This document shows, piece by piece, positions 1-11,708 of a stretch of 35,382 nt of DNA. The translations under genes and the position numbers were made by a program. Below the pieces are notes generated by a model that ran no database searches, had not been told where the DNA came from, and saw only the letters and a program-made list of their open reading frames with translations. The DNA is from Basidiobolus ranarum (lineage: Eukaryota): positions 1 through 35,382 of the forward strand of contig JASJQH010000064.1 in assembly GCA_040143965.1 (NCBI GenBank), in the 5' to 3' direction. The number at the start of each line of letters is the position of its first letter. The stretch's first letter is position 1.

Positions 1-203
1 AAGAACGGGAGGCAAGAATCATGCGTGCCAAAAAGAATGCCGATAAATATAAACGTTCAAGTAAACATGAAGAAGACGATGACGACGACGACGACGACGA
101 TGACTTGGACGATGTACTCGAAGCGAGTGATGACGAAGATAATGAAGTCTCTAGAAGATCAAATGTGCGTCGTAATCAGATGGTCAGCGACGACGAGGAC
201 TAA
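1..203 (+). CDS. LEO1: 3' end of an acidic-tailed protein, probably the Paf1 complex subunit Leo1 (partial; gene starts before the window)
   Basis: The frame is open from the window start: EREARIMRAKK...poly-D...RRNQMVSDDED*. This resembles the Leo1 C-terminus (RxxxAKK, acidic tract, basic patch + SDE end). Only a low-complexity tail is visible. Confidence 0.5.
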   Translation, partial: EREARIMRAKKNADKYKRSSKHEEDDDDDDDDDDLDDVLEASDDEDNEVSRRSNVRRNQMVSDDED

Positions 204-574
204 AAAGATATACCAGTCTCTAAACCTTTAGTTATGTATAGCACTTTATTTCAGTACAACCCATTCTCGTTCCTAGAATATACACATCAATATATATATT
301 AAATGAGGATATACAATGTATTTTCGATTGATTTTGTCGTAACATACGAAGAATAGAAATATAGAAAGAGAGCTACCTAAAATTCATAGCACACTTTTGC
401 AAAAAGCATGCATTGAATTTGTTTATTTATTTTGGGTAGTTCTATGACTTGCCACATTTAGAGAGCAAGTTGATTAACGACAAGGATAAAAATGGATGCC
501 ATCAGTGATAGATACGTGATAGATACGGACCTAATCAGATTTCGACACCACCAATTTGGAGACAAGATGCTGTT

Positions 575-691
575 CTATCTATGTCTAATAACTATCTATC
601 TCTAATAACTCAGACCATCTATTAACTATCTATCTCTAATAACTCAGACCATCTATTAACTATCTATCTCTAATAACTCAGACAATCTATT
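575..691. repeat. Minisatellite: 34-bp unit x3 plus a partial upstream unit
   Basis: AACTATCTATCTCTAATAACTCAGACCATCTATT at 590-623 and 624-657, and at 658-691 with one mismatch. A partial copy lies at 575-590. Confidence 0.95.
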
Positions 692-1342
692 ACAAAGCAA
701 GAGTAAGCCTGTTAACCACAAACAGTTAACCGATACAATCAGACAAAGGGGCTTTCAGAATTGCCTTCATCTTAACCTTCAGGCTGTGTTACTATGGCCA
801 TCATTCTTGCGCGAATTTCCCTCACACTACTAGCGGTTGTGACGAAATCAAATAGCATCAATGGTCACTATATTGACGAATATGGACGCGGGATGGTAGC
901 GCAAAAGTTTGTAAAATCGCTCATGATATCATTTCTGTATTTTGATTGGATTTGAAATCACCTCTTAGTAATCGTCGCCATTCGCCATTCATTAATAATC
1001 AAAATCATCTTACAGGGGTTATCCATTTAGACTTCTTTGTCTTGTTTTCCGGTAGTAATGTCCCTCGATTTGTAGTGTATTATTATTCTATAGATATTAC
1101 TAATGGCATTGATTGCGTGGCTGCGAAATGTAATGCCAACTTCAACCCAACGGAGCAATGAAATATGGGAATGAACACTATCTAAATATAGAGATAGATC
1201 TCTTTCACCATCAAATCCCCTTTCGTATGGCAAAAAAGGCTCATCTCCCCTGCTCAAAGATCCACTTCATCCGAAAAGTATTTATAAACATGCATAATCG
1301 CATTAAATGAAAAGATATCTTCTCTCTACACTCTTATACAAT

Positions 1343-1807
1343 ATGGTTAAAGCTGTTGCAGTTCTTCGTGGTGACTCTTCCGTCCAAGGTACCGTTTACT
1401 TCACTCAAGAAAATGAGAACTCTCCCGTAAAGGTTGAGGCCACCCTTACCGGTTTAGCTCCTGGTAAGCACGGATTCCACATTCACGAATTCGGTGACAA
1501 CACCAACGGTTGTACCTCTGCTGGTGGTCACTACAACCCCTTCGCTCAAACCCACGGTGCCCCAGGAGACGAAGTCCGTCATGCCGGTGATCTTGGTAAC
1601 ATTGTTGCCTCTGAGGATGGTCAAGCCACCCTATCTGTCACTGACTCTCTCCTTAAACTCACTGGACCCCACTCCATCATTGGTCGTACCGTAGTTGTTC
1701 ACGAGGGTGAAGATGATCTCGGCAAAGGTGGTCATGAGCTTTCCAGCACCACTGGAAACGCTGGTGGCCGTCAAGCTTGCGGTGTCATCGGTCTTACCAA
1801 GCAATAA
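1343..1807 (+). CDS. SOD1: Cu/Zn superoxide dismutase, intronless
   Basis: [10 protein letters not shown] start, [49 protein letters not shown] and [13 protein letters not shown]. Metal-ligand His/Asp residues and both Cys are present. A TATA-like TTTATAAA sits at 1281-1288. Confidence 0.97.
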   Translation: MVKAVAVLRGDSSVQGTVYFTQENENSPVKVEATLTGLAPGKHGFHIHEFGDNTNGCTSAGGHYNPFAQTHGAPGDEVRHAGDLGNIVASEDGQATLSVTDSLLKLTGPHSIIGRTVVVHEGEDDLGKGGHELSSTTGNAGGRQACGVIGLTKQ

Positions 1808-2164
1808 TCATTTCATCTCATCACATTTCTTTATTGCTTTTGGCATCCCACACACTGTAAATCAAAAGATGATGTTTAGCTGATAATAACTGCATTTGAA
1901 TGTCATTATATGTTACATAAAAACTTTTTAAATTCAATCTTTTGCTCATTTTTATCAATGGTTTTTTTCACATCATGCATGGGAGTAATACGTCACTCTA
2001 TTTAATGGATAATTTAGGGAAGGAATAATCCGGCAATTCCGCCATCGTAATGCTATTCGGACATTCTTTACTGTTCGGCCATGGCCGAATTAGCCCTAGT
2101 AGAATGAAGGAAAGATCGGGAAAATTGGAAAAAAGCTACAATTAATAGATACTATATTTTAAGT

Positions 2165-2239
2165 GAATGAGTCAATTGAGCAATTATTTAACAAGCATTA
2201 CGAATGAGTCAGTTTAGCAAAACATTTAACGAGCATTAC
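2165..2239. repeat. Imperfect tandem duplication (37/38 bp), each copy carrying TGAGTCA
   Basis: GAATGAGTCAATTGAGCAATTATTTAACAAGCATTAC (2165-2201) is followed by GAATGAGTCAGTTTAGCAAAACATTTAACGAGCATTAC (2202-2239). Confidence 0.8.
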
Positions 2240-2936
2240 TATAGTTGGTGCTTAAACCGACGGAACATTTATAGAAGCGAGTTTCAGTGAAATGGATGAT
2301 GCTTTCTAGACCAGTAATGGTTTGGAACTTTTTAAGCTAGACTTGGCAAGAACATAAGGAATTTATTGAAAACCAGTTTAAATCTTGGTTAACTATGTGT
2401 GGTGGTGAGTGCAATGCACTTAAAAGTCAGTCAATCATTTCTTGGCCAAAACCAAAGAATTGTACACCTCCTTCATCAGCATTGGCACTAACTCTGGTGC
2501 TGGTACCAGCATTGGCATTGGCTATTTCACGCTCCGCATATCGTCATGCGGAGAAAGGATCTAATGAATGAGTTCTAGTGCCGAGATGGTAGTACACATT
2601 AGACCTGCTCGTGTCATGGCATTTGAATTAATAATATGTTGATAAGTGCTAGCTTGGCTACGGAAATTGCTGTATTCCATGTGGTCGGGATAATGATGAT
2701 CTCATTGCGGAAGTGTTTGTATGGCTGATTCCGACGGATTATTCCCATCCGGGGATGCCCTTAAAATTGGATTTATATAGGAATTTCTTAAAGTGGAGAG
2801 GAAAGGAGAATAGTAATGGCAGTCATTTGGTTAGATCCTAGATTTCTAAGCATATCAGGAGAAACATCCAAAAAATTCATATATATTCGAACCGATCGCC
2901 CCTACTTCCCTATATTGCACATCGATACACTTCACA

Positions 2937-3963
2937 ATGCCCTCCAAAATCATACGACAACCGGTCAAAAAGCCTTCTGCTAATTTCCTTCCCATTCCAA
3001 CTCTCACTGCCAAATGTACTATTGGTGTCAACAACCGTTCACGTAAACCAATTAATATGCGGTATCAACTATTTGGTAACGGTACCAAGTATAAGGTTCT
3101 CTTCGTCACTGGTAATTAGATTCATTGATCCATCATGAAATCCCAACCACATGTACTCAACTCTTTCTCCACGTTTAGGTATCAATAGTGTTTGCGAAAC
3201 TTGGTTCCCACAAACAAAATACTTTGGTAGCTTAGAGGATTATCAAGTGTGTACATTCGATTTAAGAGGAAGTGGCGAAAGTGCCTCCCATCCTGGTCTA
3301 TACACCACCAAAACCTTCGCCAAGGATGCTTTGGAGTTATTGAAGTTTTTAAAATGGGATCATGGTGTTCATCTGGTAGGACTCTCTTTGGGTGGTATGA
3401 TTGCTCAAAAGATGGTCACTCTATCACCAGAAACATTCGCCACTGTAACATTCACCAGTACATGGCATTCATTTTTGGCGGCGATTCCTAAACCCAAGGG
3501 GGTATTATTTACCATGAAAACCATGAGTAAATCCCTTCAAGAGATCACCAAACCATTGGTGAAGATCAATTATCCACAAAAATGGTTAAAATCCGAATCA
3601 CAAACAACTCAGGGTAAAAGTAACTTTCAAGTGTTAACTGAAATGATGGATGGTATCAATTCCTTAGTACCAAATCAATCCGCCATCTCCGCGTTCCCGC
3701 AAAAATTAAGTGGAATCCTTCATCATAGTAATCCCGCTACTCTTCGTAAGATTGGCCAGAATGGTGTCCGATTCTTGATCGTCCATGGTACCAAAGATAC
3801 TGCCATTCCATACTCCTTCGGTAAAGCCCATGCCAAACAATTGGGTTGCCCCCTCGTCACTTTCGAAGGATGCGGTCATATGCTGGTTATCCAAGAGGCT
3901 GACAAATACAATGCATCTCTTCGGGCTCATATCGAAGGAAATACCCCAGCCGCTACACAATAA
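2937..3963 (+). CDS. Alpha/beta-hydrolase fold protein, about 319 aa; exons 2937-3111 and 3179-3963
   Basis: GT-AG intron 3112-3178 joins VLFVTG to INSVCETW. Motifs: FDLRGSGES, nucleophile elbow GLSLGG, IVHGTKD (acid) and GCGH (His). Confidence 0.9.
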
Positions 3964-4648
3964 TAGTATATCCATTATCTTAATAATTAATACCCATTAG
4001 ACACCTAATACTAATCAGAAGTGTATATTCTATCTGTAAATAAACATATCTTCTTCATTCGGAACAATCACCCCAATACATGTAGTTCTATCTATTGAAT
4101 TTCTCTGTTTACAACAAAGAATCCGGGAAACTTTCGTTGTGTGCCGCTTTCTAAAAAAGGGAATATGTTGGGCTGAAGTTAGCCGTTTCCCCATCACTCT
4201 TATGTAATAAAAGAGAAAAGATTGCTTACGGAATTATTTTATCCCGCTTAAAAGGTTTCAGGAGTTTAGCCGAGACAGTCAGATATTGTATACATTATTA
4301 CTTATTAGCAGTCATAGTATGCTCCAATAATCACATCTACTAGTAATTAGTAGATATATGTAATTGACCGTGGTTGACAATGGTATTGATTAAATGATGA
4401 TTAAATGGTAATTCAATAGAACACGATCATTTATTATTATTTCAAATCAAAGGGCACTGGTCATTGATAATAAGGAAGTAGAAGGATTAAATGGATCATC
4501 GAAATGCTCGATACAATTACTGTTACATTACTGTTGATTCAAAGCCGGTACAAATAAATCTGAAGAGAATAATGTACACTTATCACATTTGAATGTTCAG
4601 ATTCTTAAGTCTAACTCATGATATAATATTGGTCTAACAAAAATCGCT

Positions 4649-7600
4649 TTAGAAGCCAAATTTCGAGAAGAATCTCTTGCCTGCTTTCTTGCCATAGGAG
4701 GACTTATTGGAGGGTGAACTAGGGGGTGTCAATTTGGAAGTGTCCAGTTTGTTGGTTGGTGGCTGTAAAGAAGCGCTATGCTGTGGTTGAGAATGGACAG
4801 GCGTGGCACTTTGTGTGTTGATTTTTAAATCGCCAAAATCAGGTATTGGGTCCTCTACATTGGGTGAGCGAAGATTACTTAAATCTTGCATAAATTGAGT
4901 GGGAGTGATGATATGAGTTGTGCCTGCAGTAAGAAGAATGCTGATTTAGAAGTATATTCACGATGATATTTCTGATTAAAAAATGATGTTTTTACCGATA
5001 TAAATCTCTCGATTGGTGGCATTTGCAAGTTCATAAATAGAGCGAATCTCGGAGTAAGTCAAGCCACCAGCTACAAATATCAAGATTTTTCCGGTTGGGG
5101 CAGTAGACTGGTAAATTGAGTAGGGGTAGAATGTCATTAGAAAAGTATTTGGTGCTGATGAAGTAATCAAAGGTACTAACAACATTCTGGTGACTGTTAC
5201 GTTGCCAGCTACCTTTGGCACTATGGTTATGGAAGGACATTAGAGGCTGAGTTTTACCAATTCAAAATATCAATTCAAGATCAAACCTTCTGAGAGAAGT
5301 TGTCGAGAATTTTGGCTCGACTGGGGCATTGGTATTCTCAGGTTTACGAACAAAGGGGTACAAAGAAGAGTCCAGGTTGTTATGGATTGCATTCTATACA
5401 TCAAAATTAGTGTAATTCATTGGACCTTGATGGAAATTTAAATCTATGTACCTCAACGATTTTCTTGATATTGGGAACGTATCTTGAGAGTTCATAGGGA
5501 ATATCCTCTGGTTCTTCATTCTTTCTGGAGAAAAAGTTAAATCTGCGTCCAGGCTTTTCTTGTGCGCCCGTGATCTAATTGATGCGGTTTAGTAATGACG
5601 AGAATATGCCAATTCGTTGGTTTAAAGGAATACGTACATTAGCTGGTGATCCTCCCAAGAAAGTCAAGTTATCCATTGCTTCAGCATCTTTCTCATGAAT
5701 TCTGGCATGCATCCTAAGACGACGTATATCCTCCGACTGGACATTGCCATAGGTAATCATGTATAGAAGAATCAGGCGAAGCTTATCGTCGGAGCTGAAT
5801 ATCGATAATAAAAAAAGTAAATGAAAATATCCCACCCAAGCACTGGGCTGAGAAGCGGAGAATTACCTAATTTCGGTGTCGGATAAAATAGGTACCATGT
5901 CAATCATGATATTCTTAATAGGCTCACCCTCAGCAGTAGTCCCAGTGGCCATATTCTAAATGAATATCCAAAAGCATTACAGATCGAATATGAGAGAGGT
6001 CTAATCATCTGGTGCAAATACCTGTTCCACACCGGCGATTTCAGTCAATTTACGTTGGTCAAATATGGACATGCATTCTTGCGCAATGCTTAAATGTGCA
6101 GAATACTTAAAGCAGATTAGCTACATCGATCCACCGATATCCTTTCAATATCTGTCTTACCTTTTCTTTTAGTTCTTGGAATTGCGGTAGGGAGCTCATT
6201 ACATCTTTAAGTTTCCGAAGGTTAGCTGTTTGGCTTTCAATTAAACTGTTAGTAACGAAGCCAACAGAGGAATTCTATTTCTGTAGATACACATACTTAT
6301 TCGAGTTCAACCCCCCTAATGCCTTATTTTCACCAACAAGGGACTTAAAATTGGTGATTAGCTGCTCGATACATCCAGCAATATGTTTGTGACGAATCTC
6401 AGTCCAAAGGTCATCATTCTCATTCAATATGACATCCCTGTCTGTAATAGCATCCGATCCTGTAGTGAATTTGTATCTAATAATAAATTGTTTAGTGTCG
6501 TAAAAAGAGACGGAGACACGAGTTGACGGAAACGAACCTATATTTTGATCCGCCTTCTATTTTGAGTAGATCATTGGCCATCGCTTGGTAAGTGAACTCG
6601 TGAATCAATGGTGCCTTCATATCAACAGTACGGTCCAAAACAAGGAACAGACTCTGGGCGCTGTTTTTGTTTGTCTGATTTTAAATGAGTAAATAATTAC
6701 AATACAATCGTCATTTAGATATACATACTGGAAAGCTTTCTTGATTTTTACAAAAGTAATCCATCTCTGCTTGAAGCAGCATGCCAAGCTTGCACGAAAT
6801 GATGTTCTGATTTGTTTCTACATCTGGTGAATAGTAGCGTATAGTGGGATTGACATCCAGAGAGGCACAGACAGAGACAAGCTAAGGATAAGATAAGAAT
6901 CAGTTACAGCTGTAAAATACAGTGTTATTATTATTTGGGGACACCTACACGCTTGGATATACTTTGTAGTTCGAGCGAGGTTTGTCGAGTGGCAGTGGGT
7001 GAAAAAAGTGTAAAAAAGCTTGATGGGGTCTCGAGAGTGTACACTCTAGATTCAAATGCTATATGCGTTTTAATAAATGCGGCATTCAATGGTAAGACAA
7101 TCAAAAATAGTGATGTTCTTACCGATGAAATCCAAGTACAACTCTTTTAAAGTTTTGATGTAATTTTTGGCTCTAGAATTGTGGATGCTATCAAATATTC
7201 TATCTTCAAGACCTGTTAAGAATAAATGAGTAAGCTGGGGATACTAACTTTAAGTAAATTCAAGCTAGATGAAACGTACCACTTATGAAGAACACATGGG
7301 CTGCTGCATACATGGGTGTTGATTTTGAAAAATCATTAACCAAGTGAGAAACTGAAGAAGTTGTCGGAGATAAAATATATATAGCTTCCATGTCAGGGAA
7401 TGGTTGACGTGAATTGGTAACATTCTCAATCACTACATAAACCAGCTTTAGTATGCAGCAATTCAAGGTTTGTTGAATTAATACATACATGTTACATTCT
7501 CTTCCAAAATATCGTACATTCGACAAGTATTTGAAAGCAAATGTGCTGAATGTGCGTCGAGAACTAAAACCTTCCATTTTCCCGAGGGTTGGACGGAACG

Positions 7601-7711
7601 AACAGCATTAATGAAACCTAAAAAAGAAGCATTGGTTTTACTATACAACTGTGAGAACAGTTAGTTGGTTTTAAGCTTACGATTCTTTAAGATATCTTTT
7701 AGAGAGCTCAT
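4649..7711 (-). CDS. SEC1: Sec1/Munc18 (SM) family vesicle-fusion protein, about 16 introns
   Basis: Spliced translation gives MSSLKDILKNRFINAVRSVQPSGKWKVLVLD...YDILEENVT, RQPFPDMEAIY, VLDRTVDMKAPLIHEFTYQAMANDLL, LPQFQELKEKYSAHL, DKLRLILLY, YELSRYVP and ILIFVAGGLTYSEIRSIYEL. It ends ...RFFSKFGF*. ATG is at 7711. Confidence 0.93.
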
Positions 7712-8142
7712 GGTTGGGATAAATGGGAGCTAGTAAATCCGGTAAAGTCGGAGCGTTTATAAACGGCTTAAACACTACTCTTGGATAAAGCGAGAAGTAG
7801 GGATGTGATTGAAAACCCTCGATTGGTTATTCTCAATTTCATAAGTTTTGGCGGAATATATTCATCTTATTAAGCATCAAATACTGTTACAGATCAGGTA
7901 GTTGAAAAACGATGCTCATTTGCGACGGAAGTGTGATACGTGATCGAAATTATTTTCTCGTTTATTATTGATGAAGGCTATTAAGCTTTGACTCTAGCAT
8001 TACCGCATTACCATGTAACAACGCATAATATAGATCGGGGAAATTGGTGTATCAAGATAATACATTCTGTACCTCTCGCTTATGGCTCTGTACAATAACA
8101 ATCCCCATCGAGGAGATTGCAATTTCTATTTGATACATTGCT

Positions 8143-8178
8143 CCTAACCCTAGCCCTATGACATCAACCCTAACCCTA
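8143..8178. repeat. Two short telomere-like (CCCTAA)n motifs
   Basis: CCTAACCCTAGCCCTA at 8143-8158 and CAACCCTAACCCTA at 8165-8178. Confidence 0.6.
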
Positions 8179-9057
8179 GATATGGAGCTTATTCATGATT
8201 TAAATCAACTTCGGGAATGGTGGTTAAGTACGACTTTTACTGAAACATACTCCAACAATGGACACGTATAAGGGTCTAAAAGCGCTAGGCCCTATGCAAG
8301 ATTTGCATGACCCTGAAAATTAGGTCTAAAATGGTAAGTATGCCTTCCATGGTGAAATCCACGATTGAGAGATCACATGAAAAGGGTCTACTGCTGTCAA
8401 GAGAATTTTTTAATACATTCCAAACCAATTTTAAGGCTGTTCGAAAATGTCACAGGTTCATAGCTTCTTGCTAAGTGCATTCCTAACTTTGGAAGACGAG
8501 GAGTACTGGAGGGATACTTAGTCATTAGATTTAGTTGCACCTATCATCACGTTAGACTAGCTTTCTGTATGGAGATTTGTGAATTCCAAAATCAAAACAC
8601 CGCGCCGGAAATTATACAAAATTAGTAGTATGTACTCCACAAATAGTTTGAAAGCGATCATACAGTGAGACAATTCAATTACCGTGTTCTATTTGCAGAA
8701 CAAATTAAGCGGTGTTTTATGGACTATTCCGGAAATTAAGGTCGAAAGTTGGCTAATTGATATGTAACGTGATGTTTATGACGACCCGATCGAAATAGGT
8801 TTAGCTTTCTATTCGGGACATAAGGAGTAACTTTATATATAGAAAAGAAGGGAGCAGGTGGCTTTGATATTTACTTTAACCACTTGAAATCAATCAAGCA
8901 CTTTCAATGATCTGGATTATATGGCTGACATTTAATCCAAAAAGTGCCGAAAGGTGATCATGAAATTAAAAGAATCTAGCCACTTGTAGGATATATAAAT
9001 AAGCACATAGATCTCTTACATTTATCATAAACCAATTTTATAACTCAATACAACCCA

Positions 9058-9399
9058 ATGTTTTCTATAATCACAAATCTTCTTGAGCATCTCAGCGACT
9101 ATCTATTCGACATCAACTTTGATGAAATGGAGTTAGAGATACCGCCTTGGCTGTGCTCTCCCGCGAAAGTGAACACACCCGCATCTGAAGCCAAACAAGA
9201 TCTTCCAGTAGTCCACTGCAATGGTGATGAAATATGTACTATATGCCTGGAGAAATTAACCGACCCAGAACATCACAATTACGTCGTTCGGGCGATGCCT
9301 TGTGGACACATGTTTCATCAAAAGTGTATATTTTCATGGCTTGACCTCGTCAATGCATGTCCTCTTTGTCGAAGCGAATTGAAGCAAGAATCAAAGTAG
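9058..9399 (+). CDS. Small intronless RING-H2 E3 ubiquitin ligase-like protein (113 aa)
   Basis: CTICLE...MPCGHMFHQKCIFSWLDLVNACPLCR is a complete C3H2C3 motif. TATATAAA lies about 60 bp upstream. Confidence 0.88.
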   Translation: MFSIITNLLEHLSDYLFDINFDEMELEIPPWLCSPAKVNTPASEAKQDLPVVHCNGDEICTICLEKLTDPEHHNYVVRAMPCGHMFHQKCIFSWLDLVNACPLCRSELKQESK

Positions 9400-9827
9400 A
9401 CGCTCTTTTCTACGTATATTGTTTGCATGTACATAATATTTTTACTCTGTAAATGTTTCTATCCTATCCATTCATGTACACATCTATAAGCTATATCTAA
9501 CGTAACCATAGCGAACGTCTAAGCCATAATGTCAATAGCTTCGTCCTAATTAATTTGTAAACATTTTGTAACGCACAGATAAATTGTTCTTTAAAACATA
9601 AACCTTATTAGCATCATATCTTTAAAGTCTCTCATAAGAAAAGGCCAGTTTGAATCGATGCAGTTCGAGTGGAGCTTTATTTAAAGTGCAGTGAAAATAA
9701 GTGGTATATTTTGTACAAGTTTAAGGAAATATATATACGTTGCGGTCTTCGAGGATTAAATTGCATTAAACACTAGCACCAAAACGATGAAGTTAAGGAT
9801 TATTATTATACAGTTGGGATAGAGTAA

Positions 9828-10319
9828 TTAATGAAGCCTTTGGCAGTCTGTGGCTTCTAACGGTCGATGCTTGGCCATCCTTCGATGAAGAGATCCGTTG
9901 TAGGTCTCGTTGTTAGTATCAATTTCATATCGACAAAGAGGACACGTATTAGACACCGATAGCCAAGTGAAAATACAACTTTGATGAAAATAATGTCCGC
10001 AGGGCATTTGTCTCGTGACGATGTGAGGGTCTAGATCATTATGGCATATGCAGCAAATATGAGTCTGAATTTTGGCTGAGGTTATCACAAGTAAATTATC
10101 CATAGCTTGTTGGGATGCAGGTTTGCCTTTCACAAGATTTTCTGGTGGTTGACGTGGAGCACTGATAAAAAAAGAATTTATCATCATAACATCAAATGCT
10201 TCTGCAGCTTCATTGGAAGGGCTACTCCTTGTTTCTCGGTTATTCAGCAGATAAGCTGCAATGGGAAGAAATGTACAGATGAACGAAAGCACAACTGAAG
10301 TGCCTAAAAGTACTGGCAT
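9828..10319 (-). CDS. Intronless RING-H2 E3 ligase-like protein (163 aa), RNF181/RNF126-like, with an N-terminal hydrophobic segment
   Basis: KPASQQAMDNL pre-RING motif and CICHND...MPCGHYFHQSCIFTWLSVSNTCPLCRYEIDT. The first about 25 aa are hydrophobic. Confidence 0.88.
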   Translation of the reverse strand: MPVLLGTSVVLSFICTFLPIAAYLLNNRETRSSPSNEAAEAFDVMMINSFFISAPRQPPENLVKGKPASQQAMDNLLVITSAKIQTHICCICHNDLDPHIVTRQMPCGHYFHQSCIFTWLSVSNTCPLCRYEIDTNNETYNGSLHRRMAKHRPLEATDCQRLH

Positions 10320-10933
10320 TGTTTACGAGGGGTGTTGTTATTGAAAGCGATGTGACTATGCTTTGGATTCTATTAGCTTTTATAGTCACTTGTAAGTATG
10401 GACTAATCGAGCCTGAGGCCTTGAGACAGCATCCAAGTGGGGCAATTAAGCTTTTGGAGTACGAGTTAACAGAACCGCTCCAGGCTACGATCGGAGTGTT
10501 TCGGAACGATATTTAATTCATTCCATCAACTCTTAATATGTAGTATATATCCTTAAAGGAGGGGTGATTGGTCTAATCGAATTCTAGGCTCATTCCATGT
10601 TTCAAATGTTAGTTATATATGACTAAACACTTGATTCAAGTACTAAATGACTAGTTATTTATTATTTAGGTCTGTTTTAGATTCGAGGGTTGTGAGCTGA
10701 TCCAGAGAATAAACGTAAAGACGTAAAATGCGAAAATTCTTTAATACTATTTACAGGCGGGATAGTACTGATCTTAACAAAATACAGTTAGTTAACACTC
10801 TGTAGGGTCGATAAGGATAGTACTGATGTTTTACCTTATAAGTGAACAATAGTGAACATTATCATCTTTACAACACGAGCCAGTCACTTGAAATATGGTT
10901 TTCAAACTATGTTACAAATAGTGTTACTAGATC

Positions 10934-11314
10934 TCAAGCCTCTAGCTCGACTCTGCACCGACAAAGTGGGCAACTATTGACTCGTCGTAACCACGGAAAT
11001 AGACAGTCTTCGTGAAAAATATGGTGGCAAGGCAGTCTTCTCATTTGACAGTCGTTTGAGTCTTCACGACAGATCGCACAGGTGTGTTCGGAGCATTCGA
11101 TTTCTGAGGCAGAAGGCAAACATTTTAATATTTCTTCTCGTAAAGGAGCGTTTGCCTGCATAGTTGAATCCATATCAATTTGGGAATTCCCGGCGATGTA
11201 CATTTCGAAGAAGTCGTCCTCGTCAAACTCCAAAGTTTGAGAACTTTGGTAGACATAAAGGAGTAAAGATAATGGTGTGAACAAGAAACTGGTGACGCTA
11301 AGAAAGGTTGACAT
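10934..11314 (-). CDS. Small intronless RING-H2 E3 ligase-like protein (126 aa)
   Basis: CAICRED...[28 protein letters not shown], with a hydrophobic N-terminus. Confidence 0.88.
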   Translation of the reverse strand: MSTFLSVTSFLFTPLSLLLYVYQSSQTLEFDEDDFFEMYIAGNSQIDMDSTMQANAPLREEILKCLPSASEIECSEHTCAICREDSNDCQMRRLPCHHIFHEDCLFPWLRRVNSCPLCRCRVELEA

Positions 11315-11708
11315 GTATAGGAGGGTTTAATAGGTTGATAACAAGGGTTCGTAAGCAGTCCAAGTTAAGTATATCGAATTAGTAAAGAGTTGAAGAAATT
11401 AGGAAAAGCAGTCAATAGGAATATATGATTTGTGTTAGCTATTAGGGTATAATTAAAATGAAATAGACTGAAATCACATGAGATGTACCAACAGCAACAA
11501 GCTAAACGGGCCTTACACGAGTCTTACTAAATTATGTTCGTGTAGACTCACATGCTCACAAGCTCTTGGTTACGTGATTGAAGTATTGTTTATATAATGA
11601 ATAGAGATGACCGTTTCCTTAGAATCAGACAATGTAATGTAAAAACCATAATAAGTAGACTATTGTGACTATCAGTCAAAGATGTAATCTAAGCTTTCAT
11701 CAACGTAA

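Noticed and set aside
76-104. (GAC)n microsatellite as a separate element
   Set aside because: It encodes the poly-Asp tract of the Leo1-like tail.
590-691. 34-bp repeats as a CRISPR array
   Set aside because: The units are directly adjacent with no spacers, the context is eukaryotic, and there are no cas genes.
946-1257. Overlapping 71-aa and 76-aa ORFs upstream of SOD1
   Set aside because: They have non-ATG starts, no motifs, and lie in promoter sequence.
1307-1342. 12-aa N-terminal extension of SOD1 from the upstream in-frame ATG
   Set aside because: ATG 1307 lies only about 20 nt after the TATA-like box and is probably upstream of the transcript start. MVKAV at 1343 is the canonical start. 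A targeting isoform cannot be fully excluded.
10760-10827. 13-bp direct repeat GGATAGTACTGAT as a target-site duplication
   Set aside because: Only about 40 bp lie between the copies, with no terminal inverted repeats or transposon coding sequence.
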